Counted from the whole stretch's first letter, positions 27,379-40,315 are shown. The stretch is 63,613 nt of DNA, filler included, from Octopus bimaculoides (GCF_001194135.2; 3 parts of 3 records of this genome joined end to end with filler, not necessarily neighbours in it); one strand, 5' to 3'. Numbers and translations: made by a program. The notes: a model not told the origin generated them from the sequence alone.

Positions 27379-27405
<27 letters not shown>
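25985..27405 (+). mobile_element. 5'-truncated RLE-type LINE, TACA-associated family
   Basis: SELSAFNKTVAHNVF..DVDRLY..FTIQEQEI..NLQLLYPDYKF..TFQKFII; (CATA)n on both flanks. Confidence 0.87.
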
Positions 27406-27409
<4 letters not shown>

Positions 27410-27524
27410 CATTACTATTATGCAAAAGTGTCGTAAGTTCAAAAGGTTGCTTTTTCAGAAAATGAAAAAATAGTTTCACCATTCCAGAGCAAAACTGTTG
27501 TACTACACTGACAATTTTTGTTAC

Positions 27525-27596
27525 CTTGGCATCTGAAGCAGCTGGAGATACGATAGCAAAAATGAATATTGAAAAAATAAAAGCAAATTTTGACAT
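27525..27596 (-). CDS. Candidate first coding exon encoding a signal peptide, possibly of the EGF-repeat gene
   Basis: ATG..MSKFAFIFSIFIFAIVSPAASDAK then AAG|GTAACA donor; classical n/h/c regions. Ends in phase 0, so a bridging exon is required. Confidence 0.5.
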
Positions 27597-27728
27597 ACGA
27601 CAGTTTAACATAATAGCAACGATATATATATATATATATATANNNNNNNNNNNNNNNNNNNNNNNNNNNNNNNNNNNNNNNNNNNNNNNNNNNNNNNNNN
27701 NNNNNNNNNNNNNNNNNNNNNNNNNNNN

Positions 27729-27763
<35 letters not shown>

Positions 27764-29612
27764 TGTGTAAGATATATTAGAATACTGGATTTTCGGCGGA
27801 GAGCGAGGACCAAACCCGACCATCAAAGGTTAAATTTCAATGGGCAGAAAGATCATACACAACAACGTCAGTATGGTACGTGTACCTCATTTACAACCCT
27901 CTACTTCTGCTTGTACATTGGTAATTCTTTTGTCAAAATATCAACCAAGTAGTCATAGCTGATACAAATTTGTTCGCTTTAACTGAAAACTGAAAGACAT
28001 CAAGAAAAAAGACCAAGCAGTTTAGTAATCGAATGCAATGTAGTCTTGACTAGTGCTAAATAATTGAAACTACTTAAGTGATAAGTTAGTATTTCACGTT
28101 CTGTGATGTGTGAGAGGTTTTTAAGCGAAGGAACATTCATACACATTCAGTCATTAAATATCTTTTAAAGGTGAGAAATTTTGTGTTCAGTAAAAACTTG
28201 AGTTTCTGTAAACGATTTCACAAATGTTTGAGGCTCATGACTCGTCACAAGTGTTAAGAAGTTTGAATTGAGAAGATATTATCACCTTTTCAGTTCATTT
28301 AGTTTGACGAATGCATCATATTATGTTACAATTCATTACCGTAAAACGGTATGAGCATAGCCCCATGCACTAGTGTTTAACTATAGAAGTTAGCTAAATT
28401 AACACTACACTAAAATTTACCGGTAATTAAACCAGAGAAAAATTAACATTCATGTTTTAAAGATTTGAGAACATGAATTAGGAAGTGGCTCTATTGGACG
28501 TTTTCAAGAAGTAATGAAAATAAAAGCTAATTTATTGTGTCTGGAGTAAGCCAACATCTTAAGGTGCTTTTAGAAATTGAAAAGTAAACTAAAAAGTACC
28601 CTAATGTAATAGCCTTTTAAGTTGTATAACACACACCAAAGTAGTACCCATTTATGTATGTTTATAAATGGTGCAATGATAAATCATTTAATAAACATTT
28701 AGTGTTGATAGGACAGGGTTTATGAGTTTTCGTAATTAATGCAATCTGATGGTTAATAAGCTTGACCGTTGATGAAAATCAAAACTGTAATCATTGAAAA
28801 CTTGTTAAAGTTGAATGAAGCAGAAAAAAAAAAAACGAATCGCATTGTATTGGTATAAGGTAATAGTTATAATATTTGCAACAAAGGAAAATTTTCAAAC
28901 AGAGTTCTATTTAAAAATTAAGAACTTATGAAACCTAAAAGGAACAAATCATAGAAAGAATAAGATTAAAATAAAGACGAATGAGTATCACAATTTGTTA
29001 CAAGTGAGGTGATATTGAAAGAAAGTTTGTGTATGAAAACAATGAACAAAAGAACAATGGGAAAGAAGAAATCCTTTCCACACCAAACGCTACATTAGCA
29101 ACCATTTGTGCTCGCAGAAACAGAGTCACTGCCGCTACACTGGTAATAAACAATGACAACAACAAGAACTGTTACAACAGCTGCAGCAGTTACTAAGGAA
29201 TGGAAAGTGATCGGGGTAAAAATTGCAAATATTTCGCAGTAGATAGACTTTTGATGGGTGAGAAAACGTGTTATGTTAGAAAGGCCTAACACACTGTTAG
29301 ATATAAAAACAAATTTTAAAAAGAATACTGGGTTGGAATAGTGTCAGAAATCTTGATCCAAGTGAACTCCGAGAGACTGGACAGGATTACTAACCCAACA
29401 GAGATTCAAATTCCATCATCATCATTATATAAGGCTGCATTTCTTTCGACTTAACGTTCTGAGTTCAAATATTGCCGAGATCAAATCTACCTTACATCCT
29501 TTTGGGGTCGTTAACAAAAGTGTCTGTTGGCAACTGGAATCGATGTAATTGACTATCCCGTCCCACTTACCCCAACCACCAAAATTCAGGCCTTGCGCTT
29601 ATAGCCTCAAGG

Positions 29613-29669
<57 letters not shown>

Positions 29670-29670
<1 letters not shown>

Positions 29671-29866
29671 GGCGACCTGGCAGAATTGTTAGCACTTCGA
29701 CCAAAATGCTTAGTGACGTTTCTTCCGGCTCTTTATGTTCAAATGCTGCCGAAATCGACTTTGCCTTTCGTCTTTTTGGGATCGATGAAGTAAAAATAAA
29801 ATACTTGATGTAATCGACTTCCCTTCCCCTCAAACTTACTGTCCTTGTCCCAAAATTAGAAGCCTA
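29670..29866 (+). mobile_element. tRNA-derived SINE (family B) after an (ATT)n array
   Basis: GGCGACCTGGCAGAATTGTTAGCAC..GTTCAAAT..GTCGAT; related copies at 37520, 37745, 40095 and 61820. Confidence 0.75.
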
Positions 29867-30499
29867 CTATTATCATAATTCATTTGCATAATTTGTTGTC
29901 TTATCTGGGTCGATGTGTGATAATGAAAGGCTGGTTGAAACCGGACCATGATGTGAATACACATATCTTGAATCCGTATATCTAAATTGATTCACACACG
30001 CACACAAGTTATTTCACAAACTGTCAATTATTTTTAACAAAATCTTTTATTAGTTTCAGTTTTCTTTACAATATTGAGTCACTATATTAGCGAAAACAGA
30101 AAGAAAGAAGAAAACAAATTTCATTTGTACACAGGCGGAGGTATTGCTGAGTAATTAAGAAGTTCGCTTGCAACTGTGATTTCGGGTACAGTTCCACCGT
30201 GCGGTATCTTGGACAAGTGTTTACTAATATGGCTCTGGACCAACCAATGCGTTGTGAGTGTATTTGGTGAATAAAGACACGTGGCATACTGGTTAGGATG
30301 TTACAGTCACGCTCACAATTTCATATTTTCGATTTCCAGACCGGCAGTGACTTCTGATCGTGAGCAAGTTCACTCAGCTGTACAGCGGTAAATTGGTAAC
30401 CTTGCGATGGACTGGTGCTCCATCCTGGCGAAATGTTGGCTTGCCGAGCTAACAGTTGAAAGTTAAAACAAATTATATCAAGATAAACAGCTCATGACC

Positions 30500-30890
30500 T
30501 TACAGGTGGGGCCCAGTTAAAAGTTTCTTCAGATCGAGTAACCCATCCTGCTCAAACGGTCCTTGAATAAGGGTTATTTAAGGATGTTGAACGAAACACG
30601 CATGTTTCGAGAGATGAATTATTCAAACCCCAAAGAGTTCCTCTCAACACATGGCTATGATGCTTCCCCACTACTTCTGCTCATGATCAGAGATGCACGT
30701 ATCGTCAGCCACCAAGGGACATGCTCAACTGGTTAAGGTCAAACAAATGACGAGCAAATCTGTGGTATTGAGCAGAATATTTGCTGTAGCCCATCTTTTA
30801 TACCAAGAAAAATATGTAAATGAATACACTTCCAATCAGTTAAGATCAGAAGCCATGAGAGCCAGTGCCTGGTACTACATCAGAGCATTC
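30500..30890 (+). mobile_element. Interspersed repeat, family D, ending in (ATT)n
   Basis: Homologous to 19205-19575. Confidence 0.75.
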
Positions 30891-31109
30891 ATTATTATTA
30901 TTATTATTATTATTATTGCCTTTGCTCAGCTTCTAACGCTGGAGATGTACTACGGTGCCAGCTGTTCACTACTTGTGAACTAAGGTAACACCCCTTATTT
31001 TTCGAGCACCATCCGGAGTATTCGAGCGGTTCCAAGCAGTGCTATTTTCTGCAAGTGCTCTATTCTTATTGCAGCCCCTATTTTGTTCCATATACTCTTA
31101 TTGCAGCCC

Positions 31110-31110
<1 letters not shown>
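30890..31110 (-). mobile_element. R4/Dong-like LINE 3' end with (TAA)n tail
   Basis: QKIALLGTARILRMVLEK*, then a short UTR and (TAA)n. Confidence 0.8.
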
Positions 31111-31169
<59 letters not shown>

Positions 31170-31172
<3 letters not shown>

Positions 31173-34100
31173 CTTCGTTACACAGTGTAGGTAAAAATGC
31201 GCCGGAGTCTTTAGTCATCTGCCAAGTCACAACAAGGACCTCAGATAGATAATACTTTCCTTAAGATGTGCGCTGTGCCCAATAAGGCTGCTTTTCGTAA
31301 GACATCAATCTTGCATGGGATTTCCAGTTGCCTTAAGAAGTCTTGAAGGTTCAATGGGATTGAACCCAACGCTCCGATCACCACTGGTATCACTTTTATA
31401 TTACCCTTTCGCATTCCATACAGTCTTGCCATTTCCACTTTCAATTTGGAGTACTTAGCGATTCTTTCAACCTCTTTACTCACAACATTCATGTCATTTG
31501 GTATGGCTAAATCAATGATCTGACAGTATATGACTCTCTTATTCAATATGACAATATCTGGTCGACGGTATTCGATTACACGACGCGTCGGAAACTCATA
31601 GTTCCAGAGTATCGTTACTTTTCCATCCTCCTTCATAACTTTACTTGGTGCATGCTCATACCTGTTCTCTTTTATTTCATATTGGTGTTTACAGCATAAG
31701 AACCTATGAAGATGCACACACACTTTATCGTTGCGGCGGCGATTGTATTCTTTTTGTGTAAGGCTCTCATATTCACTTACCAAGTGAGTCACATTTTCCT
31801 CATTCTTTCTACAGAGTCTGCACTTCTGGGTGTCAGAAGTTTTGTAGATGTCATAATTCACTGAATTGGTAGCGAGAGCCTGGTCTTGTGCAGCATTGAT
31901 CAGGCTTTCGGTGGTACGCTTCAAATCACCTCACTCAAGCCATGCCCATGATGCTGTATTATCCTTAACGTCTTCTGTATTCCTTTCAAACTGTCCATGC
32001 ATTCCCATTTCAAGGTCTTCTTTTCTCTTCTCCTCAGGTTTTTGGTTAAACTCTTCCTTGCCCATCATTTCATCTGCATTTACACCAATGTCATTCGCGG
32101 CATATTGCAGCAGGTCTTCACACTATTTGTCAAATACTCGGCAAGCATTCTCCTTTCACTCCTTATACAATGGTCTATACTAATTAGTCCTCTACCATCA
32201 TTCTTTCTTTTTATATGCAATCTGTTTACGTGTGCCTTAGGGTGTAGCACCCCATGCAACGTCATCAACTTTCTCGTCCTTTTATTCAATGTTGATATTT
32301 CCTCCTTAGTCCATTTGACGATGGACGCACTATATCCGACCGCCGCAACTGCCCATATATTCATTGCGGTGATCAAATTCTTGGCATTCAGGTTGGATTT
32401 CAACACCATCTTCATCCTTTTTTGATACGCCTCGCTGACCTTGACTTTCATTTCTCTGTGTAGAATGTCATCCAGCTCCAAAATCCCTAAATATCTATAC
32501 CCACTACCGTCGGGTTCACCCATGGTCTCTCCTGATGGTAACAGCAATCCTCTGCAGGATGCTTTCTTCCCTCATTTCATATTAAGGTCTGAACATTTGG
32601 TGATCCCAAATTCCATACCGATGTCCCTACCACACTTCTGGACTGTTTTGGTTAAGAAATCTATCTGTTTTTCAGATTTCCCAAACAATGTCAGGTCAAC
32701 CATAAACAGAAGATAGTTTAATGATGGGACTTTCTTCCCACGTCGGTAACCCATATTAACTTTCCTAAGTGTCATTGTTATGGGTATTAATGCAATTATG
32801 AAAAATAACAGAGAAAACGAGTCACCTTGGAAGATTCCCCTTGTAATATTAACTTCTCCAAGGAATACCTTACTTGAGTACAATTTGGTTTTCCACTCTT
32901 TCATGCAATGCATCAGAAAATTTGTGATGTTGTCAGCAATACCAAACATCTGCAGGCATTCAGCGATGTAAGAATGAGGCATCATATCATATGCCTTCTT
33001 AAAGTTAATCCAAGCCATAAACATATTTGTATGATGTTTTTTACAATGATTCAAAACTGTTTTATCGACAACCAGGTGATCCTTGATACCCTGAGAACCC
33101 TTCCTACATCCTTTTCGTTCCCTTGGTAGTATTTCTTCCTGTGCCAGGAAAGTGTATGTCTTTGTCGCATATATTCCAGTGAGTATCTTCCAGATTATGT
33201 CTAAGCATGCTATGGGACGGTAGTCTCCCACAATATTCTCCTTTCTTCTATCTTTCATTACAAGTGTTGTCCTCCCAGTCACCGTCCACGCAGAGACTGT
33301 ACCTTTTTGGAAACACTCATTCAATTGGGCTGCTAGTCTTTCATGCACCTCGTGCTATCTCTTCAGCCAGAACCACGAATCCCATCTGGTCCGGGGAGCT
33401 TTCCAGTTAGGCACTTTACCTATTTGTTCTTTCACATCACCCGTGCTTATGACAATATTACTTTGTTTCTATCCAACTTGTAATCCTGTTTTGATAGTTC
33501 CTATCCGCATTGCATCCCTTTTATGCACTACATTGCTTCCCCATAATCCGCTCCTCCAGAACTCCTTGGCTTGATTTGCATCAGGAGCAACATTTTCCAC
33601 ATTGTATCCTTCTAACATTCTGAAGAATTGCTTCGGGTTATTTTTGAATAATCTTTTCTCCTCGAACTGCTTATTTCTGTTCACAAATCTTCTGATCTTC
33701 TGGCTTTTTGCCATGATCCTCTGTTTTAACTACTTTATTACTGCATCAAACCTGTTCTTCTGTATTTTATATTTCTTCTCTAATTTTTCTCGGTCTGTTT
33801 TTTCCCCATTTTCCATTTTCCTCTTAAACATTGCTCAATTGTTCCTAGATCTTACCTTCCCGCATTATGTCCCTTTCAATGCGTCGTTTCCACCATGGTT
33901 CTTTTGCTCCACCAATTTTTGTTCTCATAAGTTGTAATTTCTCCTCAGCAAATAGTGCAATAGCTCGGAGAAGATTCCTTGTTTGTGTTATGTCCTCCGT
34001 CTGGATGTATGGTATGACAGTATTTATCTTTTGTGTTACTTTATTTATCATACTCCTATCTACCCTTCTCATTCATGGGGATTTTTCCTTCTGGAACATT

Positions 34101-34700
34101 CATCAAGTCGGTGAGTCGTCTTTGAATTTCAAACAGTTCATTATTTAGTTGGTTCATTTCCCCTGCATGTCCAGCCACCATAGTACCAGGGTTCACTGTA
34201 TAACGTTCTTGTTCCTCATCCTTAACAGCCCCATCACCATTCCCCTGTTCTTCTTGTCTACTCTTCTCCCTGCTTTCAACTCCTCCCTCTCTGTTTTCAA
34301 CTCCGACCATCCTTTGTAGCCCATTTGCAAAGTCTCTCAGACTCTCACTAATCCGAGATATTTCTACTCCAGTTAAGTAACCCTTCCTCCTAATCACTCT
34401 CACTTAGTTCGTTAGTTTATTATCTAACACTGAACACATGTCCTTTTCCATCCAAATTTTCAAGGTGCGTCGGCCTACTCCACGACTTCTTTCCAGCTTT
34501 GCTCTTTCATGACATTCAAAAAGTGTATCGACTCTTCCTTCGTCCACTTATGTCAGTTTTTGCGCACACCGTGTACGTGATCACTGCCCCTGATGCGGGC
34601 GGTTTCGGACGTGCCGGGTGGGAAATCCTCACCATAATTGGCTATAGCTTCATTCTCACCGTTAATTCTTTCCTTGTTGTGTTGCATCATGATTTCATGA
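31170..34700 (-). mobile_element. Near-full-length decayed R4/Dong-like LINE (RT, CCHC, RLE) with (TAA)n tail
   Basis: N-terminal HKWTKEE..RVIRRKGYLT; RT DYRPIACL..KKAYDMMPH..GIFQGDSFS..LFMVDLTL; AAQDQAL..CRLC; RRPDIVIL..K..KY..PVVIGALG..LLGTAHILRKVLSI*; (TAA)n at ~31110-31170. Confidence 0.92.
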
Positions 34701-34909
34701 ATCATTCGTGGGGTTCTCACGAGAGTTGTTATTCAGATCTCATCTCTCTTTTTGTCTCTTTATTTGTAGATACACGTGCACATGCATGTACATACACATA
34801 TATATAAATAACGCGCTTGCATGTGTCGCCTCCATAACCACTGTGATTATCATTACCACCATCATTCTATCTATAACATTTAAAATTATTAATAGTAATA
34901 TGGGCCCCG

Positions 34910-35045
34910 GTATATTGCAGCAGATCTTCGTCACTATTTATCAAATACTCGGCAAGCTTTCTCCTTTCACTCCTTATTCAATTATCTATACAAATCAATC
35001 CTCTGCCACCATTCTTTCTTTTCATATACAGTCTGTTTACGTTTG
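34910..35045 (-). mobile_element. Short fragment of the same R4/Dong-like family
   Basis: Aligns by eye to ~32100-32230. Confidence 0.65.
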
Positions 35046-35427
35046 CAGTTAACACTTAATACTATCTTTTGTGCAACCTGCATGAATGGTAATCCTGGGG
35101 TCATTCTCAACTAATCTTTAGTTCCTTTACTGGTCATTTCAGGTGCTCCCACAATCACTGGTTTTGTAACAGTCTTGAGAGTAGGAGAAAGGGGAAAGCT
35201 TGATGAATAGATCAAATTCTACAGGTCTGTAAATACATTCGGCAGAGAGTAAGGAGATCAGCAGTGGGCATTCCTGTGCGATGAGAGAAAAGATGCCTCA
35301 GACCCTTGGAGGTCAGCAGAGGTCAAATGTGTTTACTACTACAAGCAATCACTGAGAGCGCTGACCTTGGTCTCGAAAAGAACCATTTCACCTTGTTCTA
35401 TTTCTAATTACTGATAAAAAAATATTA

Positions 35428-35469
<42 letters not shown>

Positions 35470-35584
35470 GCATTCATTTACATTAGTTGATTTCTTATCT
35501 AGACCAATGGGTAACAGTAAAAGTTTTGTTGGGAACAAGACTACAACATGAATACACATTACCTGACTTCACACGTCTTAATTT

Positions 35585-35643
<59 letters not shown>

Positions 35644-35760
35644 TGCACACACACACACACACACACACGCACACATACACACACACATACATATATATGT
35701 GCATTATGTATGCATATATGTAATGTAAGCTGAAAAGCGTTAAATAATTTTCGAAGGAAG

Positions 35761-35902
35761 ATGCCACAAAGTAAGGAATACAATTTTGACGGTCTCTTTA
35801 CTGATCTTAAAGAATTCGGCAAATTTCAAAGCCTTCAAACTTTTGTCATTCTATTAACATGGCTGGCGATTTCTTTTACAATGCTACACATTGTCTTCCT
35901 GG
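35761..35902 (+). CDS. SLC22 / organic cation transporter-like gene, coding exon 1
   Basis: MPQSKEYNFDGLFTDLKEFGKFQSLQTFVILLTWLAISFTMLHIVFL + G|GTAAG; the FD....E.G.FQ start and TM1 are typical of SLC22. This exon is absent from the supplied ORF track. Confidence 0.88.
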
Positions 35903-36094
35903 GTAAGCTGTGATTTACAATTCTTGATTTTTAAAGTTTAATTTTTGATGTTGGTGTCAGAAATAGTTGGCTAAAATAGGGTAGTAGTGTGGTTGAAAGA
36001 GCAGACGGCTGAGCTGCTCTTGTTTTGCCCCAGTTCGACCTTTTCTAACTATGCTCAATGACTGTCCACATATGGACTTTCCTGTCTTTCCATA

Positions 36095-36182
36095 TATGTG
36101 ATGAAACTGCACCGACCATGATGCTAGGTTGCATATCCAACAATGTGCAGTCGCTGCAGTTGAAACACGTGTAGGTCACATA
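36095..36182 (+). ncRNA. Type I hammerhead-ribozyme-like motif with a damaged core
   Basis: (G)TGATGA, stem II AACTGCA/TGCAGTT, GAAAC, palindromic ACGTGT, A, then GGTCACATA complementary to upstream TATGTGA; AATAAA downstream. Confidence 0.6.
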
Positions 36183-36489
36183 AAGACGCTGTAAATAACT
36201 GTTAAATAAAATTATGGATGTGAGAATCTCCGTTCTCCTTATCTTTATTAATGTTGTTACTTACTGTACTGAAAATATGCAATCCTGAACAGGACAGTCA
36301 GATCTACCCAGCGCGAAAAGTTACCAGAGCCTAACAACTTATTGTTAGCTCGGGTACCACAAAAGAACTGTTGTGGTTAGCCGGCATCTGAAACCAACTT
36401 AGGAGGAAACATGGTTACCGCTAGGATAATATATCCTTTAAAACTCATTTTACACACACACCCACCGCGCGCGTGCACACACATGCATA

Positions 36490-37120
36490 TAGATGTTTCT
36501 TTATTGGCCACACACGGCTGAACACAGAGGAGACAAAATACAAAGTAGAGCTTTTCCTTTTGGTGAAAAAAAAAAAAAAAGGAAAAAAGTGTGTGGGGGG
36601 TAGAATTTCGATCAAAAAGGAAGTCGATCAATAGAGAACGTGTATCACAGAAATGTCATAATGTAAAAGGGAAACAGACTAGGTGTGTCTGTGGAAAGAA
36701 AAGCCTATGGAAAAGACTACGGTAACCTTGGGCAATAATGTCATGCAAAAAACACATTACAATAAGTGACTCTCTTTTTTCCTTTCTTTTACTGGTTCAT
36801 AGGATTATGCTCAAGGTGGCTCCATCATTCACACGTGTCATCCTTACGACATTCACCCATCTTTTTTGAAACATTCACTAGACAAAACTTCCCTCTCTAC
36901 TCTCACCTTCCACTTCAAGTAATACTTGAAGAAGTTGATGAGAGATTCACCAGAGAGGAAAGTGTTCGTCTCCAGACCTTTTAGACGCGTCCAGCATACA
37001 CATTCTTTCGCCATATCCACAAGTACGACGAAAATGACTCTTCCTTCCCGTTTCAAGGAAGGAGGCGCGACAATATTCACGATAGACTCGGTTGATAAAC
37101 TGACTCGTCCCACACACCGT
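36490..37120 (-). mobile_element. L1/Tx1-clade LINE 3' fragment
   Basis: WTRLKGLETNTFLSGESLINFFKYYLKWKVRVERE resembles a Tx1 ORF2 C-terminus (recalled, not searched); terminal TGGCCAATAAAGAAA resembles the end of the 49240-52215 element. Confidence 0.65.
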
Positions 37121-37440
37121 ATTTATGGGATTTCTCCATAAATACTGACAATACTACAGCAGCGAGGAGACCAGATATAATTATACAGAGCAAAATAAAC
37201 AAATGGTGTAAGACAATATACTTTGCAATAGTATATGATAATAGAGTGGATACCAAAGAAATTGAAAAACAAAACTGAGAAACATCAGGGCTTAGCCACA
37301 AACATGAAGAAATTGTAGAACACAAGAATAAAAATTGTTCCTGTGATAATTGGTTCAGTCGGCTCGTATTGTTGACCTGCAGAAAAGTGCCACCTGCAGT
37401 CTTCAAGGATCCTAAGAAAGATTATTGAAATTTGGGGAAA
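37120..37440 (+). mobile_element. RLE-type LINE endonuclease fragment
   Basis: LWDFS..TDNTTAARRPDIII..KEIEK..KIVPVIIGS..DLQKSA..RILRKII. Confidence 0.8.
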
Positions 37441-37519
37441 CTTATTATCACTAAATCTCTAGGTAACATCTCTGCTAAATAGCTTCTAATAGCTTTTGTT
37501 ATTATATTTTTTTCTAAGT

Positions 37520-37905
37520 TTAGCACAAGGCCAGAAATTTTGATGGAAGTGGGACAAGTAGATTACACCGACCCCGGTAATTGACAGGTACTTCATTTCA
37601 TCGACCTCGAAAACATGAACCGCAAAGTTGATCTCGGAAGGATTTGAACTCAAAATGTAAAGAGACTGAGAAATACCACAAAGTATGTTTTATCCCCGGC
37701 GCACTAATGATTCTGCCTGTTCGCTGTTCTAATACTTTCTGATCTAGATACAAGGCCGGCAGCTATGTAAGCAGGAAGTTAGTTGATTACATCGACCCCA
37801 GTACATTCGAAAGAATGAAAGACAAAGTTAACTTCAACGATATGTGAAGTCAGAATGTAACGTGCCGCAACGGAATAAAGCAAAGCGTTTTGTCCGACGG
37901 TCATG
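37520..37905 (-). mobile_element. Two family-B SINEs in tandem
   Basis: Reverse complements begin GGCAGAATCATTAG and GGCAGAATATCATGAC and end GGCCTTGTGCTA / GGCCTTGTATCTAG. Confidence 0.7.
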
Positions 37906-38629
37906 ATATTCTGCAAGGGTTTGACAAAAGAACATATTCGGGTTCACAACATTACACGCAGTCAAAACATTTTTACTGTTAGGCACAACTCGCTCTTCAA
38001 ATAACACTTTCAACATCATATCTCGAACAACACAAAACATACACTGAAATTATCACTCAATGAAATAACACAATACACACCCTTATGTAACCGATATCTG
38101 ATCCTATTACACTCACAGTTCACATTCAACACATCTACTAACCAATAATATTACACATACTCAGCACATACTCTATAATTCTCATTCCAGCAACTTCTCT
38201 TCTTTTTTAGCTCTTTTTCGCACATTATAAAATCCACTGCATAGTTTCTCAAATTAATCTTCCCTAACCACAATACAAACTTCTGAAGCGTACTCTTTGT
38301 ACAAGCATTAACCTCCAAACGTCCAACTGAACGGAAGCTATTTCAATTTTTACATTATAAGAAGACATATGGCGGCTAACTAATAAAAATAATGTTTTAA
38401 AAAAAGTGAAATAATTTAAATTTTCTGGTTTGGATACAGTCTACTATTCTGTACGCATCCAAGAATAAAATACTTTGTCATGACTTGTGGTGAAACTGAT
38501 GAAAACGCAGTAGTTTTAAATTTAAAGATGGGGTTAATAATCTGAGAAAATTATAAGACTAGTTTTCTCGGATATTTTGACATAAAATACAAGGAACTTT
38601 GAGTTTATGAAATAGCATTTTCTTTTCAG

Positions 38630-38826
38630 CTTACACTCCAGATCATCAATGCAAGGATCTCTCAGAGAAACAGCTGTCCATATACAACGTGACGTCATAC
38701 GATGACATCAGTTATGAGAAGTGTCACATTAACATATTTCGTGGCTTGAAAAATATTACGGATGAACTCTCCTGTATTAATGGACACAACTACTCAGCAA
38801 ATGAAGATGTCTCTTTTGTGGTAGAG
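38630..38826 (+). CDS. SLC22-like gene, exon 2 (extracellular loop)
   Basis: TTTTCAG acceptor, GTAAAA donor, phase 1-0; (A)YTPDHQCKDLSEK..YEKCHINI..LSCINGHNYSANEDVSFVVE, in frame with exons 1 and 3. Confidence 0.92.
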
Positions 38827-39757
38827 GTAAAAATGTTAATATTTTAGATCTTATTTAACCTACACCTCTCTTCCTCTCTGTTTCACTAACACATCCGCTT
38901 TCAGATATATGTTTGAACAGTTAAAATGATATACGATATTGAAAGAGAATTGCTTTTGCTGTCTAGCGACCAGTCAACCCTGAATGAGAATTTCTATGCT
39001 TAAATCATTCTCATCATGATCAATCAGACCTTTACTCAAACGTAGATTATCTAGGAATAGAGTTATCCAATAGTTAATATAGTTATATAGGAATATAATT
39101 ATAGTTATCCCTTCATATTTTTAAAACGGTATAGTGTGATTTGGGGGAGATTAGTCTACTATTTCTAACAGATCATTAGATTATAGAGAGTGTCCATCGT
39201 TAGCTTTGTCATACCGAAGGAGTTTCCTATCATTCCTATCATCACCCCATGTGAAAAAGATCCCTAAACTACCTGAATTCGAGGCTGGTCATATTCTCTG
39301 CTCCCTACTACTGATACCTTAATTCCTCTTTCGAACTTAATTCTTCTAAGGGAAATATCCTAAGACTAACAGAACTTAATTTTCACGAATAAACAACCCA
39401 AGTAAGCAATTATGGCCTTTTGGTTATGAAGTTTCTTTCGTTACCATGGTTACCGGGTCCGATTCAGCAACACAGTAGCCCGGTGAATTGTTTCGGCTTG
39501 GCCAATGATTGAGTAGAATTGGGTTTACTGTAACATTAAGGAAATCCATCATCATCATCATCAGCAGCAGCAGCATCTAATTACATATGTGGGTATATAT
39601 ATATATATATATATATATNNNNNNNNNNNNNNNNNNNNNNNNNNNNNNNNNNNNNNNNNNNNNNNNNNNNNNNNNNNNNNNNNNNNNNNNNNNNNNNNNN
39701 NNNNNNNNNNNNNNNNNNNNNNNNNNNNNNNNNNNNNNNNNNNNNNNNNNNNNNNNN

Positions 39758-39824
<67 letters not shown>

Positions 39825-40094
39825 ATGCATGTATGTGTGTATGTATGTATGTATGTATGTATGTATGTATGTATGCGCGTATGTATGAATATGTATATAT
39901 ATATATATATAATTATGTGTATTTCTTCTATCTTAATGAATAAAAATTCTTCTGATAGAATAAATGGGTTAATAGAAACCAATGTAGCAAAGAACACAAA
40001 ATACCTGTGGTTTAGTTCCTGTTTTTAAGGTATATATATAGTTGTCAGAACTCTTCCAGATAGGAGTTTTTAAGTTTTAATATTTCGTTTAGGT

Positions 40095-40315
40095 AAGGCG
40101 GCGACCTGGCAGAATCGTTAGCACACCGGGTTAAATGCTAAGCGGCATTTCATCCGTCTTGGCGTTATGAGTTCAACTTCTGCCACGGTCGACTTTACCT
40201 TACATTCTGTCGGAGTCGATAAAATAAGTAATAGTTGAACACTGGAGTCGATGTAATTGATTAGCCTCCTTCCCCGAAACTGCTGGCCTTGTGCCAGAAC
40301 TTGAAACCAATATTT
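40095..40315 (+). mobile_element. tRNA-derived SINE (family B)
   Basis: GGCGGCGACCTGGCAGAATCGTTAGCAC..GAGTTCAAC..GGCCTTGTGCC. Confidence 0.8.

Noticed and set aside
29095-29292. Hydrophobic ORF as an alternative first exon
   Set aside because: The hydrophobicity comes from GTT/GCT simple repeats; no strong donor.
35487-35822. His/Thr or Val/Cys ORFs (also at 6069, 39561, 44314 and 62898)
   Set aside because: Translations of (CA)n, (TA)n and (TACA)n microsatellites.
38497-38525. CTGATGA-AAAC..GTTT as a hammerhead
   Set aside because: No GAAA, stem III or stem I.
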